Positions 10,681-22,220 of a stretch of 64,000 nucleotides of DNA are shown here, piece after piece. The translations under genes and the position numbers were made by a program. Position 1 is the stretch's first letter. The number at the start of each line of letters is the position of its first letter. The notes below the pieces were generated by a model that had not been told where the DNA came from, did no database searches, and worked only from the letters and a program-made list of their open reading frames with translations. The DNA is from Barthelona sp. PCE (Eukaryota): positions 992,001 to 1,056,000 of the forward strand of contig JAUFOR010000002.1 of NCBI GenBank assembly GCA_040285745.1. Reading direction: 5' to 3'.

Positions 10681-11727
10681 TCAGAACTTTATTTTTTTTT
10701 GATAGGTATTTTTCTTAAATTTATCAGCCGTAAAACGGGATACTCTGACTCTGTTGGGTTGTGTTGGTGTTAATTCAGTGTTCACTATGCTTGAAATTGT
10801 TGATGTATTGTTTAATAACATCGAATTCAATTGAGAGCTCATAACATTAGCTTTCTTTCTAACTAAATCTTTCCTGCGCTTTTTCTCGTCTCTGTCTCTG
10901 CGCTTTAAACTCTCAAGATGCTTCTTTTGTTCCATATGTTGTTGACGGAAGACTTTCAACTGTTTCTTCAGTGCTTTGCTCTTTCTTTTGTACTTTTCAA
11001 CCGATTCCAGCAGCTCAGACTTCTCTTTGACCTCATTAAAGCTCTCTAATCGATCAATAAGAGAAAAATATGTTGCAACCGACTGCTCAATTGCTCTACA
11101 ACTAGCTCCTTTTTCCTCTGCTTCTCCTTCCTCTTCCTCCTTCTCTTTGTCTTCTATGACACTAATAGCGGGTATGTTGGCGACTTCTCGTTCCTCTAAA
11201 TCAGCAAGAATATCAAGAAATGGAGTCAGCCTTGTGAATGAAACCTCATTCACACCTTTAGCAGTGATCAAACTATCTACTTGATCTGATGTGACCTTTT
11301 CCTGCTCAGTCAGCTCATCCAAGTCTGCTGACATTATATCCTTCAAATCTTTGTGTTGACTTATCCGCTCTCTTATTGTACTGATATTCTCTGATACAAT
11401 CATTGACCTTTCCTTTAAGATTTTGCAGGTTTTGAGTACCATGGAGTGATCGCTGTCATCTAAAATAAGCTTTTGACTGATATCAAGCCCAAAAATTCGA
11501 TGGAAACGGTTAACTGTTGGTTTTCGGCAACATGGACATGAATATATATTGACAACGCCCTGTATCTTCCCATTTGCCAGTTCAAGTTCAACTTCCTGAT
11601 CAAAACATCGCTTATGCAATAATCGTCCACAATTACACCCTGCAAATCCCACATAATCATGCTCTAGATCTGTAAACAGTGACGTCCCGCATATGGCACA
11701 CCTGTTCAAGCTAATTTGTTCCGATAT
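10681..11727 (-). CDS. RING-finger plus coiled-coil E3 ligase (TRAIP-like architecture); start codon uncertain
   Basis: CAIC...CNCGRLLHKRC...CPCC followed by coiled coil; no in-frame ATG before the RING, ATA at 11727 proposed. Confidence 0.65.
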   Translation of the reverse strand: MSEQISLNRCAICGTSLFTDLEHDYVGFAGCNCGRLLHKRCFDQEVELELANGKIQGVVNIYSCPCCRKPTVNRFHRIFGLDISQKLILDDSDHSMVLKTCKILKERSMIVSENISTIRERISQHKDLKDIMSADLDELTEQEKVTSDQVDSLITAKGVNEVSFTRLTPFLDILADLEEREVANIPAISVIEDKEKEEEEGEAEEKGASCRAIEQSVATYFSLIDRLESFNEVKEKSELLESVEKYKRKSKALKKQLKVFRQQHMEQKKHLESLKRRDRDEKKRRKDLVRKKANVMSSQLNSMLLNNTSTISSIVNTELTPTQPNRVRVSRFTADKFKKNTYQKKIKF

Positions 11728-11830
11728 ATTTAAAGAATAAGAACGAAAAGCCAAAAACAATTCGTATTCCTCTTTTTCACTCTTTTTCTGTTTTCAAAAG
11801 TCGTTGAATTTATTGCATTATTCTGTTTTT

Positions 11831-14800
11831 ATGCAGTTTTTATTTTTTTTAACAACATTTCTCATTTTTACCAACGTATTTGGGTTCACGGGGATAAAGA
11901 ATGATGTTAGACCAACAGAGGTGAACTTATTTGTTCCAACAGAGTCTAATATTCATTCTAAATACCACATTCTAAACATAGACATGTTCAAAAATTGTCA
12001 TATAGCTTGTGGTCCATACAACGGCTTATTCCGTGTCAAAACTACGTGTTCTGAGGCTGGTAACAGTCGGAAATACGACGTTATTACATATGCAACAAAC
12101 CACAAGGCACACAACTGCCCACAAGGTATCACATACCTAAAAAGAGACATTGATGATGAAAGTTTATTTGAAGTTGTTCAATTAGAGGATATAGTAGATT
12201 TTTTCGATGGAAATTACAGTATTTCATCGAGAAATAATTTTAAGACTCTTGGATACAGCAATTTAGTATCCAGTAGCAAACACTCAACGATGTGGAACGA
12301 CCCAGATAATGAGTTCATCAACTTGATCAACAGCGGTATTGTCTTCAACGGAGGGTTGGAGATACAGTTCACAAAGGAAATCGGTGTGACAAAATTCATT
12401 TTTCACACTTCCATGACCGTCACACAATTAATGACAACCCACTGGGACGTGAACAAGGAGCGTGTGATGCTTGAACAGTTTGATTTACTCATGGACAGAA
12501 CCTTTGTCATATATTTCGATGTGATCCCCGTTAACATAAATCTTAAATGCACTTTAAACTCAAAGTTCATCCCCATCACGTTTCGGTCCAATCTTAAGTA
12601 CACTGGAGATGTTTCTACAACTGTTTTAACCGAGGTTTATGCAGATTATCGTCATGGTAGCCGCTTCATATCATCTGTAAGTTCAGTATTACAGAAACAC
12701 AGTGTTGATACAAAAGCCTTGTCCACACGAGTGGAGGCGGAGTTTAACGTTACAACTGAGTATATTTTTGCAGTAGTCTTAAAGCAGCAGGAGTTGTTCT
12801 CGTTCACGACGGCCAATATACTTCACTATCACATTCTTGCCAATACGGTGCTCTGCCCCGACGACAACATACAGAACAATCTGAAGTGGCAAAGTTTTGC
12901 TACTTTTACGGTTCCGAATCAAGTTATTGTTACTTCTACGTCGAATTACCTCACGTTACCATTTGCCCCATCGAGCGCATATTTCTCATCAAAGATTGCA
13001 TATGACATGGTCTTGGGGTGTCTGAACAGCGTGGATTATCTAAGTCAGCAGCGTATCTTGGAGCATTGGGAGAAGGACAGTAACCTTGTTGCATTTGTCC
13101 CAAACGTTACTTTAAGCAGTATAGTCCAGGAAGGGTCGCTAGTGTACATCACAATGCATTGTTCCAACACGCCAAAGGTTGTCAGGACACCGTATGTGAC
13201 GGTCACTGAGCTTGGTCGTCTTGCCACCTTCGATCACCAGTTTGTGTTTCCATTCTCGGCGTCGATGGCGTGTTCCATCAGCGTGAGCGTTGATTCGTTC
13301 ACTGGCAGGCGCGACCTGACAACGTGGAACATCAGGCCTGTCTCTGAGTTCAAACTGGCCAAGAGCAATATAACCAGTTTGTGTCGTATTGGTACGAACT
13401 CAGCGTGCTTTGACTTTCTGTTGGTTCATCCGCTTGCGTCAAATAGGTGGTTTCATGTACATTTTCCATTGTTTTTTACGCTTCGTACTTCTTTGTCGCT
13501 GAGTTCAGGAGCATACATTCTCCCCAAAATCAACGTCAGGAAAGTTCGAAAGGAGGCGCAAATCGATGCCGACTACATTAACCTCATGGGACATGTGGAC
13601 CTGATACCTGGTGCAGATTGTGTATACCCGGATAGTGCTCGCTGCATTCGTATTCCATTAGACTTCTCATCCAGCAACGACATCGATCTCTCAGTCATAG
13701 ACAATTATTTCATTGCTGAAATCACAAGGATAAAGCACAGTGAGAGCCTTGATATGGGATACCAGCTGTTTGTCAAGCGGAGCACACAACGTGAGTGGAT
13801 CTCTTTAGGTAAGTATGTTAGCAATGATGTTCAAACATCATTTTTTGTTGGGTCCCCATTCCACAGTGATTCGGTAAGTATCATGGTGGAAAACGCGCTC
13901 ACGAGGAAGGAGATCTGCCGAATGGTCATCACTACAGATCAAACAAACTCAAACATCGAGGCCGCATGCCAGTCCACTACTGGATTGCGTTTTCACATTA
14001 CGCTCCAGCTGAAGAACTCTACCGAGGTTGGAACGGTCACATTCTACTCGAGTGAGGCACTGATTCAGGATACAAAGATCAGTAGATTCTGTCAGAGGTT
14101 CTGGTCGTGCAGCTGCGCCTTTTTCTTGAACAAATACTCCATAAACGATTTCACAGTCAAGTACAGTACTGATTTTGTTATTGATTCGCATCGAATTGCG
14201 CGCATGGACCTTGAGCAGGAGACTGAGACGGTTATCTACATTGGGTCACAGTTCTTCTCGTTCACCGAAAATATTCTAATTAAGGTGAATGGCGACGACA
14301 ACGCAGACGCCATACCCCTCATCACTGTGTTTTGCAATAAGAACTTTACTGGATCAAGTGACGTAGGATATGTTGAGCTTTCTACCAAAAACACAGATGT
14401 CCAGATCGTCCTATCTACATTAGAGCGTTCTTTCTTCGGATCGCTGCTCATTTACCCTATTCACAACGTCAGGCATGCCGATGTGATCCAGCCCTTTATA
14501 TATCCAATCATTTTAAGATTCCCCGTACTGCACTACTACTATATTTCCATTTCGACAACAGAGAACGCCATGGCGGAGCTGTACCGTGTCGGTTCCCTCC
14601 GTGACTCGTTCGTTCCGTTTGATGCGTTCGTTGTGAACAACCCCGTTCATTTCCAGCTGGACAACGACAACCAGATTTTCTTGCAACTCAGCACAAACTA
14701 CCCGTCTCTGTTCCTGACGCTCCGCTACGGGCAGACAATGAAGCCGGGTAGGCTTTATAGGGCTCAAGAGCACTGGAACTCAACATACTTTATCCTGGAG

Positions 14801-15739
14801 CATAGCGCCAACAAGAACAACAAGTTCTTTGCGAGCTGGGACCTTGCTGTTTCCACTGCATACTACATATGTAACGATACACGCAGCGTTTTAGTAACTG
14901 GAATTTCAACGCTGCCAGCGTGTGAAAATGATGTTATACTATATATGCCAGAGGTGATTAGAGGAAATATAGTTTTTGGTCACTTTGTTGAGCCTCTTGT
15001 CAACTCCACGGGCCTGTATATGGCTGGAGGACTACTGCTTGTTAATGACAAGGATATCAGTTCCAGCGACATCTTTACAATTTCGAGCAGATATGTTCCA
15101 GAGGTGATTCACACGAACGGGCACACGTCACAGTGCGTGCGTCTTTCTGAGGCGGAGGACGGGATGGTGACCTCAAAATGCGTTCTGTTCCAAAGGAGTC
15201 AAGCTGTGATCATACAAACAACGTCTACTGGTCTTGTTTTCTTAGAGAAATCTGAATTCAAGTCACTCTCCAATTATATCCCTGCATATTACACGCAGAC
15301 GGAGTCATGGAATCAGGGGACCAAGTTTGCAGTCAAGCTACCACCGAACTACGTCATGCATCCAGACTTTCTCTCCTCTTTCTTCTATGTCAATATCACG
15401 TGTGATTCGAGCCTAGCGTTTGGGTCTCTCGCAGAAAGCGGAATAGACACGGTTTACATATTCCTTGTCAGTGGTTCAGTCAGCAAGAACGAACGTTGTT
15501 TCTTTACTTTGCCTTACTCCAGCACAACTTTCCCTAACGCAGAGGTCACAGTGGAGTTTGTCCACATTAACCAAAAGCAATGGATCGACTGGGTTTATAC
15601 AAGCATCCTAGTTGTTGCTGTTTTCTTCGGTGCACTCTTAATTACACTGCAAATTACTCAAAAGGAAGACAGAGATGATATTGGCGATCCCTATTTGTAT
15701 CAGCTATTCATCCACCAAGTTCAGACAGACCTACTTTAA
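11831..15739 (+). CDS. Large type-I membrane/surface protein, unknown function
   Basis: Signal-like 'MQFLFFLTTFLIFTNVFG', long beta-rich ectodomain with N-glycosylation sequons, single TM near the C-terminus, short tail. Confidence 0.75.
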   Translation: MQFLFFLTTFLIFTNVFGFTGIKNDVRPTEVNLFVPTESNIHSKYHILNIDMFKNCHIACGPYNGLFRVKTTCSEAGNSRKYDVITYATNHKAHNCPQGITYLKRDIDDESLFEVVQLEDIVDFFDGNYSISSRNNFKTLGYSNLVSSSKHSTMWNDPDNEFINLINSGIVFNGGLEIQFTKEIGVTKFIFHTSMTVTQLMTTHWDVNKERVMLEQFDLLMDRTFVIYFDVIPVNINLKCTLNSKFIPITFRSNLKYTGDVSTTVLTEVYADYRHGSRFISSVSSVLQKHSVDTKALSTRVEAEFNVTTEYIFAVVLKQQELFSFTTANILHYHILANTVLCPDDNIQNNLKWQSFATFTVPNQVIVTSTSNYLTLPFAPSSAYFSSKIAYDMVLGCLNSVDYLSQQRILEHWEKDSNLVAFVPNVTLSSIVQEGSLVYITMHCSNTPKVVRTPYVTVTELGRLATFDHQFVFPFSASMACSISVSVDSFTGRRDLTTWNIRPVSEFKLAKSNITSLCRIGTNSACFDFLLVHPLASNRWFHVHFPLFFTLRTSLSLSSGAYILPKINVRKVRKEAQIDADYINLMGHVDLIPGADCVYPDSARCIRIPLDFSSSNDIDLSVIDNYFIAEITRIKHSESLDMGYQLFVKRSTQREWISLGKYVSNDVQTSFFVGSPFHSDSVSIMVENALTRKEICRMVITTDQTNSNIEAACQSTTGLRFHITLQLKNSTEVGTVTFYSSEALIQDTKISRFCQRFWSCSCAFFLNKYSINDFTVKYSTDFVIDSHRIARMDLEQETETVIYIGSQFFSFTENILIKVNGDDNADAIPLITVFCNKNFTGSSDVGYVELSTKNTDVQIVLSTLERSFFGSLLIYPIHNVRHADVIQPFIYPIILRFPVLHYYYISISTTENAMAELYRVGSLRDSFVPFDAFVVNNPVHFQLDNDNQIFLQLSTNYPSLFLTLRYGQTMKPGRLYRAQEHWNSTYFILEHSANKNNKFFASWDLAVSTAYYICNDTRSVLVTGISTLPACENDVILYMPEVIRGNIVFGHFVEPLVNSTGLYMAGGLLLVNDKDISSSDIFTISSRYVPEVIHTNGHTSQCVRLSEAEDGMVTSKCVLFQRSQAVIIQTTSTGLVFLEKSEFKSLSNYIPAYYTQTESWNQGTKFAVKLPPNYVMHPDFLSSFFYVNITCDSSLAFGSLAESGIDTVYIFLVSGSVSKNERCFFTLPYSSTTFPNAEVTVEFVHINQKQWIDWVYTSILVVAVFFGALLITLQITQKEDRDDIGDPYLYQLFIHQVQTDLL

Positions 15740-17763
15740 GTTCTGTCAGCAACTAGCGTCTCAACACATGGTAAATAGTTACCTGCACATCTAAATTGGA
15801 AGGGGCCTGCCAAGTTAAACGTCACACTGACTTGTGCATTAGCGTTTGTTGCGTACATCATGATTGTCGGGTATATTTCAAACGTAGACGCGGAGAAGGG
15901 GATGTAATCCTGCTCTGTAGCTGCAATTCGGACCATTTCTCCGTTGACCATAAAGATAACGTTCTTTCCGTCCACGTCAATACCGACTCCCACAACGTCA
16001 CCAACACCAAACACGACGTTGGTCTCGTACGACTTACCGTTGGCGTGCATCCTACCGTCATTCATAATCATCATTCCGTACTCATCATTTTCTGTTTTTT
16101 GAAGACCAACAACGGTGTTTTCAACGTCTTCCCTGGCGAAATCAACCCCAACGCCAACAATTACACGGTCTTGTAATGCAGCGCCATCAATAGAAATTGT
16201 AAAGAATGATTTAGCTGATATATGCTGAGTGATTGGTTGAGACAATCGCACGTACGAAATCTGGAACGGTTTACGGATGATTGCACTGAGTCCAGTGATT
16301 TCCACAGCGTCTTTCATCGATTCATAAGCAACGACAATAGCCAGATCAGGGTTTGCCTTTGATCTTCTTGTGATTTCGGATTCAACAAGATCTCTAAACT
16401 CGTTCTCATCGTGCACTAATAAATTACGAAGCTGGGCGTTCGTCATCTTCAAATACTGTGTCGATGCAGCCTTCCTTCTCACATTCAATTCAATCCTGAC
16501 GAGATCCCGACGAATACTTGGCTTATCAACTTCGAGAAGCTTCCGCAGATAGTACACTGACAGCTGACTGAGGATTGCGCGATAAGTTTGATCGCTCAGT
16601 ATTGTATTCTCACGAAGGGGTTCAGACTCTATGTAAGTGTCAAAATGCTTAACGATTTCGTTGATGGCTGATCGCTTGATGTCGAATGCCTGCAGATCTT
16701 CAGCCAACAGCAATACTTTGACCGCGCTGTTGCGGAAAACCTGGTTGACTTCATACTTGAGCTTATCCAGTTCGGTCTCCAACCGTTCCGATTCCCTGTG
16801 CCTGCTTTTCTCAGTTATCTCCTCAATGCGCTCAAACTGGTTGTTAAAAAACGCTTCGACTCCATTTGTAATATTCTTCCATAGCCCATTTATCTCCCCG
16901 TTCTTCTTCTCCTTAAGCATCTGATATTTGGTCCTGATCAGCCTGATCTCGTCTTCAAACTTACGGTCCAGCTCTCCGTTCACCTCGCTGAGCATCTGAA
17001 CTCTCAATGAATCTGCATAATCAAATCTATGCGACATTGCTTTGCGGAAAGTTCCTACGATAGCCTCCTTGTGAAGTTCAAATGTGTTTTCCAGATCGTG
17101 CAGCTGGCGGGTCAGCTCTCGCTCCTTTAGGTGAATCCCGGGGTTCATGCAGCACTGCAAAAAACGCATGAAATTTGAGTATTCAAAGTGGTTATACGTA
17201 CGGCTGCCCTCATATTCTGCTGTCATGTCGCTCAGGACAACATGCTGCACCTGCTTGACCCCAGCAAACGCATATCCCTCTGTCTGCCGAGCGAGATACT
17301 CACTTTGCTCTGCTAATGGACCCAAACTGGTTACAAATGTCTTTGTAGGAAACCCGTACCCCTCAAGGGTGATCTTCACCTTCTGACCGTTCGTGTCAGG
17401 GGCCTCAGCCTCCGACTCTTTCTGACCATTATCGCTTGTTTTGCTGGTTGTTGTTGTAAACCATCTCTCCAGTAAATCAACCCGGGATTTGTAGATATTC
17501 AGTGAGGTAAGAGCGAGGTAACGGTTATACAGCACGTCTGGCGTGACTTCTGAGCGTGGAAAGTTACTTGGATTCCTCTTCCGACGATGTCCATACATAG
17601 ACACAACCTGGCGCCATGATTTCTTGTCTTGGCCCATCTGCGTGCCTATGATCAGCTCATCTTCAAAAATAGTCCAAGAATCGCGAATAACTTGTTCATA
17701 TAAATGTTTCTCGGATATATCCTTCTTTTTATCATAGTTTGTGTTTAAAGAGGGTACAAACAT
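15736..17763 (-). CDS. Coiled-coil protein with C-terminal SPRY domain and possible split BTB-like region
   Basis: SPRY signature 'FGVGDVVGVGIDVDGKNVIFMVNG', 'IYPTI', 'FNLAGPFQF'. Confidence 0.7.
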   Translation of the reverse strand: MFVPSLNTNYDKKKDISEKHLYEQVIRDSWTIFEDELIIGTQMGQDKKSWRQVVSMYGHRRKRNPSNFPRSEVTPDVLYNRYLALTSLNIYKSRVDLLERWFTTTTSKTSDNGQKESEAEAPDTNGQKVKITLEGYGFPTKTFVTSLGPLAEQSEYLARQTEGYAFAGVKQVQHVVLSDMTAEYEGSRTYNHFEYSNFMRFLQCCMNPGIHLKERELTRQLHDLENTFELHKEAIVGTFRKAMSHRFDYADSLRVQMLSEVNGELDRKFEDEIRLIRTKYQMLKEKKNGEINGLWKNITNGVEAFFNNQFERIEEITEKSRHRESERLETELDKLKYEVNQVFRNSAVKVLLLAEDLQAFDIKRSAINEIVKHFDTYIESEPLRENTILSDQTYRAILSQLSVYYLRKLLEVDKPSIRRDLVRIELNVRRKAASTQYLKMTNAQLRNLLVHDENEFRDLVESEITRRSKANPDLAIVVAYESMKDAVEITGLSAIIRKPFQISYVRLSQPITQHISAKSFFTISIDGAALQDRVIVGVGVDFAREDVENTVVGLQKTENDEYGMMIMNDGRMHANGKSYETNVVFGVGDVVGVGIDVDGKNVIFMVNGEMVRIAATEQDYIPFSASTFEIYPTIMMYATNANAQVSVTFNLAGPFQFRCAGNYLPCVETLVADRT

Positions 17764-17876
17764 TGCTGAGAGTTCAGACAATGGGCAAAAAAATGTGAAA
17801 AAGGAAGAAAGCGTTAAAACCTGTTTTGGAGACAAAGTCTTCTTTATTACTCGTTACATTTTATTTTTTAGTATAA

Positions 17877-18461
17877 ATGAGCGAAATTTCTATTTACAGA
17901 GCTCTTTTCAGTAACTACGAGAATGCACCAGTCACTAAAGCATTTTTTAGTACTTTAAACAACATGGACAGCTACATTACACCTTCTGTTCCTGAATTCA
18001 GCTTTTCAACTCCACAAGAGAGCGATTTAAAAACTGAGAATAATCATTTAAAGAAAGAAAACGAAAAATTAGAACAAGAAATCAGATTCATAAAAACGTT
18101 TCTCCATCACCAACTTAATATTCCTGAAGGAACATCCCAGGAAATGATGCGACATCTAAAGAATCAGCAGACCCATCATACACCCGTTGGGCATACCCAC
18201 GCTAAACGAAAACTGCGCCGAGTGAAAAAGATTATTGAACAGAAAGAACGAGCCAATCTATGCCCAATCTGTCTCTCCCATGCCAAAAACGCAATGTTGT
18301 TACCTAGCAGACAAACTGTATGTAACAGCTGCGCAACTGAACTCGTAAATAAGGGTATGAGAGATCCATTCACCAGATCACGAATCGAAAATGTTGTCTA
18401 TGATGCATTAAAGTTTCAAGAAAGCCCTGTTAGAACCAATTTGTTCAGTACACCAAGATAA
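17877..18461 (+). CDS. Coiled-coil protein with degenerate RING/U-box domain
   Basis: 'CPIC...LLPSRQTVCNSC...RDPFTRSRI'; AT-rich like the adjacent island. Confidence 0.7.
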   Translation: MSEISIYRALFSNYENAPVTKAFFSTLNNMDSYITPSVPEFSFSTPQESDLKTENNHLKKENEKLEQEIRFIKTFLHHQLNIPEGTSQEMMRHLKNQQTHHTPVGHTHAKRKLRRVKKIIEQKERANLCPICLSHAKNAMLLPSRQTVCNSCATELVNKGMRDPFTRSRIENVVYDALKFQESPVRTNLFSTPR

Positions 18462-18528
18462 TCAAAATAAAACTTATTCAACAAAGCTGAATAACAAAGA
18501 AGCAGAAAAAAAATCTTGAAGCATTACA

Positions 18529-18546
18529 TAAGGATGCACAAATGCT
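18529..18546 (+). repeat. Left TIR
   Basis: TAAGGATGCACAAATGCT, preceded by CATTACA at 18522-18528. Confidence 0.92.
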
Positions 18547-18738
18547 CTCTTTCTTAAAATGACAACACATGCTGAATATGCTAGTCACCAAAATGTACGG
18601 GTAGGTTTGATATTTATTAAGTCTGCTGCTAAAGCGTGTAAAATTGTTTCTTTCGTTTTTTAGGCAAAGATTTTCCAAATTCTCACGTTTCATATACCAG
18701 CTTTTCTTTATATGCACATTAAATCTCAGTAGATCAAC

Positions 18739-21700
18739 ATGTCAACGAAAATTCAGTTCATTGAACATGTTAATGATGATTTAAAAAAAATCTTGAAGCA
18801 CAAGAAAAAGTACGATAAAGTTACTCATGAAGAAGCTTTGTTAAAGAAAATTATGAATGATATCTGTGACGAAATTGAAAAAAGGAACCCAGTTGATGAA
18901 TTGCAAAAAAGTGCTTTAGAATTTTTCAAAAACCATATTGCAACCATGGAACCTGGCAATCGTGATGGTTTTTTACCAAGATCAGCAGTTACTCCATTTG
19001 GAAAGAATACCACCAAGCAAAGTCAAATTGGTTTGATTTATGTGGATTCCCGTGATTTCCATATAATAGCTGATGATCTCAACTTTTTTGTAACCCAGTT
19101 AGAAGGGCAGAGAAATGACATATTTGAGGGAAAGACGATTGTTAAGAACCTAAACTCAACCAAGATGGCACATTTACGTGATAGGTGTTATTCATGTAGA
19201 AATTACATCAATACAAAACTTATTAACAGATGGGATACGTTTAAAAAAAGTGTAATGAAGGTTTAGTGGATGAAAAGGACTTCATTTTTTGGATGAAAAG
19301 AATCAGAAATTCTATTAGTTCTAACATGGAATCAACCCATCTCTTCCAGCTTGATGGAAATTATGTGTTATGTAGTGAAAAATGGGAAGAAAAAATGTAT
19401 AAACTATCATTTAGAAAGATATTTGTCCCTGAGAAGTCCATTCCACCAGCTGGATGGCCCCGTACCTCACAATGGAGTCTGATAAACTTGAATATAAAGG
19501 ATAATAATCCGGAAAACAGAACATTACTTAATATAGAGCTTAAGAAACTCTTTATAGTAGGTTTTTGGATTATCATACAAGGTTCTTACGAAGCAATATT
19601 ACCAATCCAAATATCTAAGTATTTAGCAGAGTTAAATATGCATACTTATGTTGAAGCTGAATGTTACAATCAGTCTATTGATGCAATTTCTGATCTTTTA
19701 TGTTTTTCAAAGGCTGTTAAAAGGAAATATCAAATCACATCCCCTAAAAGATCATCCAAAAACATGAAATTGTTGCATTGTGCAGAGCAAGCTCGATATG
19801 TTTATTGCAAACAATTATGCAAGTCTATCGTTGAAGCAGGTCTTCCAGTGCATTTGATGTTGGATAAGTGGACACCTAACACTGTCAAAGATTCAATTAT
19901 GGCGATCATGATTAAGATACCAACTGAAACAAGAAGTTTCAATATTGATCACCCAATATTTTCGAATGCATTATTTATTTCCCATGATGACGTTACACCA
20001 ATTCATTATGGATATATTTTGCCCACTATTCGTAACAAATTTATTCTTTTAGACGTCCATTTTGATATGAAAGGTAAACATAATTACATTTTCAACGCAA
20101 TTATTTCCACTGTTTTCCGCTTTGGATTACATAAGGCTAAGCAGCTTTATTTCATTTCTGATCGTGGATTGCCTGAGTTAAAGGCGTTGAATTTTGTTGA
20201 AGAATATTTTAATGGAATTGGATCTGCAAAAGTTTTAATGGATATAATGATTGATAGCATCGTGAAACGTTATTCAAGTAACACTGATGCTGATCGCTTT
20301 AGTTCGCAGTTCAATGAGCATGATTATTTGGACATTGTATCGAGTACAGAGATTGTTTCAGAAAAAAAATTAAGGGAAATACTTTTGGAACACTACTTGC
20401 ACAATTACAAAGTTCCAGTTTTACCTTTTAATTGTATGTTCCATATGGTAAACAACTTTATCCGCTGCTTTGTACCTGTTATTACAATTGAAACAAGAGG
20501 GAATTACATGAGAGTGGAACCTGGAACTTTTCAAAAACAGTTTACAAAGCTTGTTAATTACTTTTCCATTCAGAAATGTGACATTATTTATAACACTGAA
20601 AGGAACAAATCACTTATACGTCTTATTGATTGTTTTTTGGGTGAATACTTTAACGTTTTAAAAACCCGCTCTGAGCAAGAAGCTGAAGAAAAAGGAATAC
20701 CAATGAAGGAAAAGCCCTACAGAAACATGAGCGCTACTCAAAAAAAAAAGGAAAAGAAAAGATGGAGCAATTCTCTAGAAGATAGAAAGCCTTATAAGTG
20801 GTATAATCGGGTTACCCAGAATAATTTCGATGATTTCTTTGAGGAAACATTGAATTTCAACATTGGATATTATGAAGAATCTGTTTTCGACGAAGCAATT
20901 AGGAGGGTACTTAAAAAAGATGAAAAGAAAGGATGGTACAAGGATTATGCATCGCATACGATTGTTCCAATTTATTTAGAGGATTTATTCGAGCATATTA
21001 GACAGCTTTTCATTGCAAACAAAGAACAGGTTGCCATTTTAAGAAGAGTGCTGCCTGTCTGGTCAAATTTATATGGAAAAACACGAGTCATTTTCCAGTT
21101 GTTTTTTGAGACTCTTTTTGAAGATTCTAGTAAGTTTAATGACAATTTTGCAAAGGCCTTTGCCATTACTGATATCTTTAAGCAGATTGAGAGCATTATT
21201 AACGATCCTGATGGAGATCCGCTTAATACGATTTACTGTTCCTTTACTGAAGATGAGCTGAGATGGGTTCTATTCTTCTGCTTCGTTGTAAGAAGGTTTA
21301 AGAAACTGTCTCTGCTAATTGAACAAGATAGTTTTACACTACAACAAGCAATTATTCAATTTCGTTCAATAATTAGAGATATTCAGGAATACGACATCTC
21401 AATGCCTAATTCTATTCCTATTATCGATAAGGAAGTGCCTGATATCATAGAAGAATCGCCATACTCAGATGGCTTACCCTCTTCTTTACTTACAATTATG
21501 TTTGATAATGTTAATGATACTAATACAATGCATAAAGATAAAGCTACAAGAATTAAGGCGAATCTGAAGCCAAGTTGCGTCAACGACTTGCATATTCATT
21601 CTGCAGTACGCTGTTGCATGCGTGGTTTTGAGGAAATGAAAGTGCAGGATGGTGAAAAAAATGTAATTGGCACTGTCAAATGTGATTCAGGAGCGAGTCT

Positions 21701-22220
21701 CGGCCTTCTTGAAGACGTCAAAACCCTTGTTATCACTGCGTTTGCGATGTATTTTGATAGATGTGCTAATAACAAATTTTTTTTCAAACAGTATATCGGA
21801 AGTGCACCCTTTTGGTTTGCAAAAGTTAGTAATAACGCGTTCATTGATTATTTATGCGAAGACCAACCAGAATTCCTTAATACACCCGCTACAACGTGTC
21901 CAGTTGAGCGCGTTTTTTCTCACTATGCATTTTTGGAGAGTCAAATGGGCAAGGCTACTTTACACGCTACTTTACGATTGAAAATGAGGCTCCACCGGTC
22001 ACTACATCATTGGGTGTGTATGGATTCAGCCCGAATATCCGACTATTCTGAACATGTTGACGAATTTAGGTTCAGGGAGTTGGAAGAGCTTGCCAGGAAG
22101 CGAACATCAAGTAATTTGTTTGATAATATAAAATCTGAATTCGATGATGATATACAACATTCTTTACTGCTTGAAAGTGATGATGAAAATGAAAGTGATG
22201 ATGAAAGTGGGTTGGAATAA
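18739..22220 (+). CDS. hAT-like transposase 1, split into two frames (18739-19266 and 19245-22220)
   Basis: D1 'HLMLDKWT', D2 'FISDRG', CxxH 'CMFH', 'PVWSN', C-terminal hAT dimerisation motif 'PATTCPVERVFS'; acidic tail. Confidence 0.8.
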
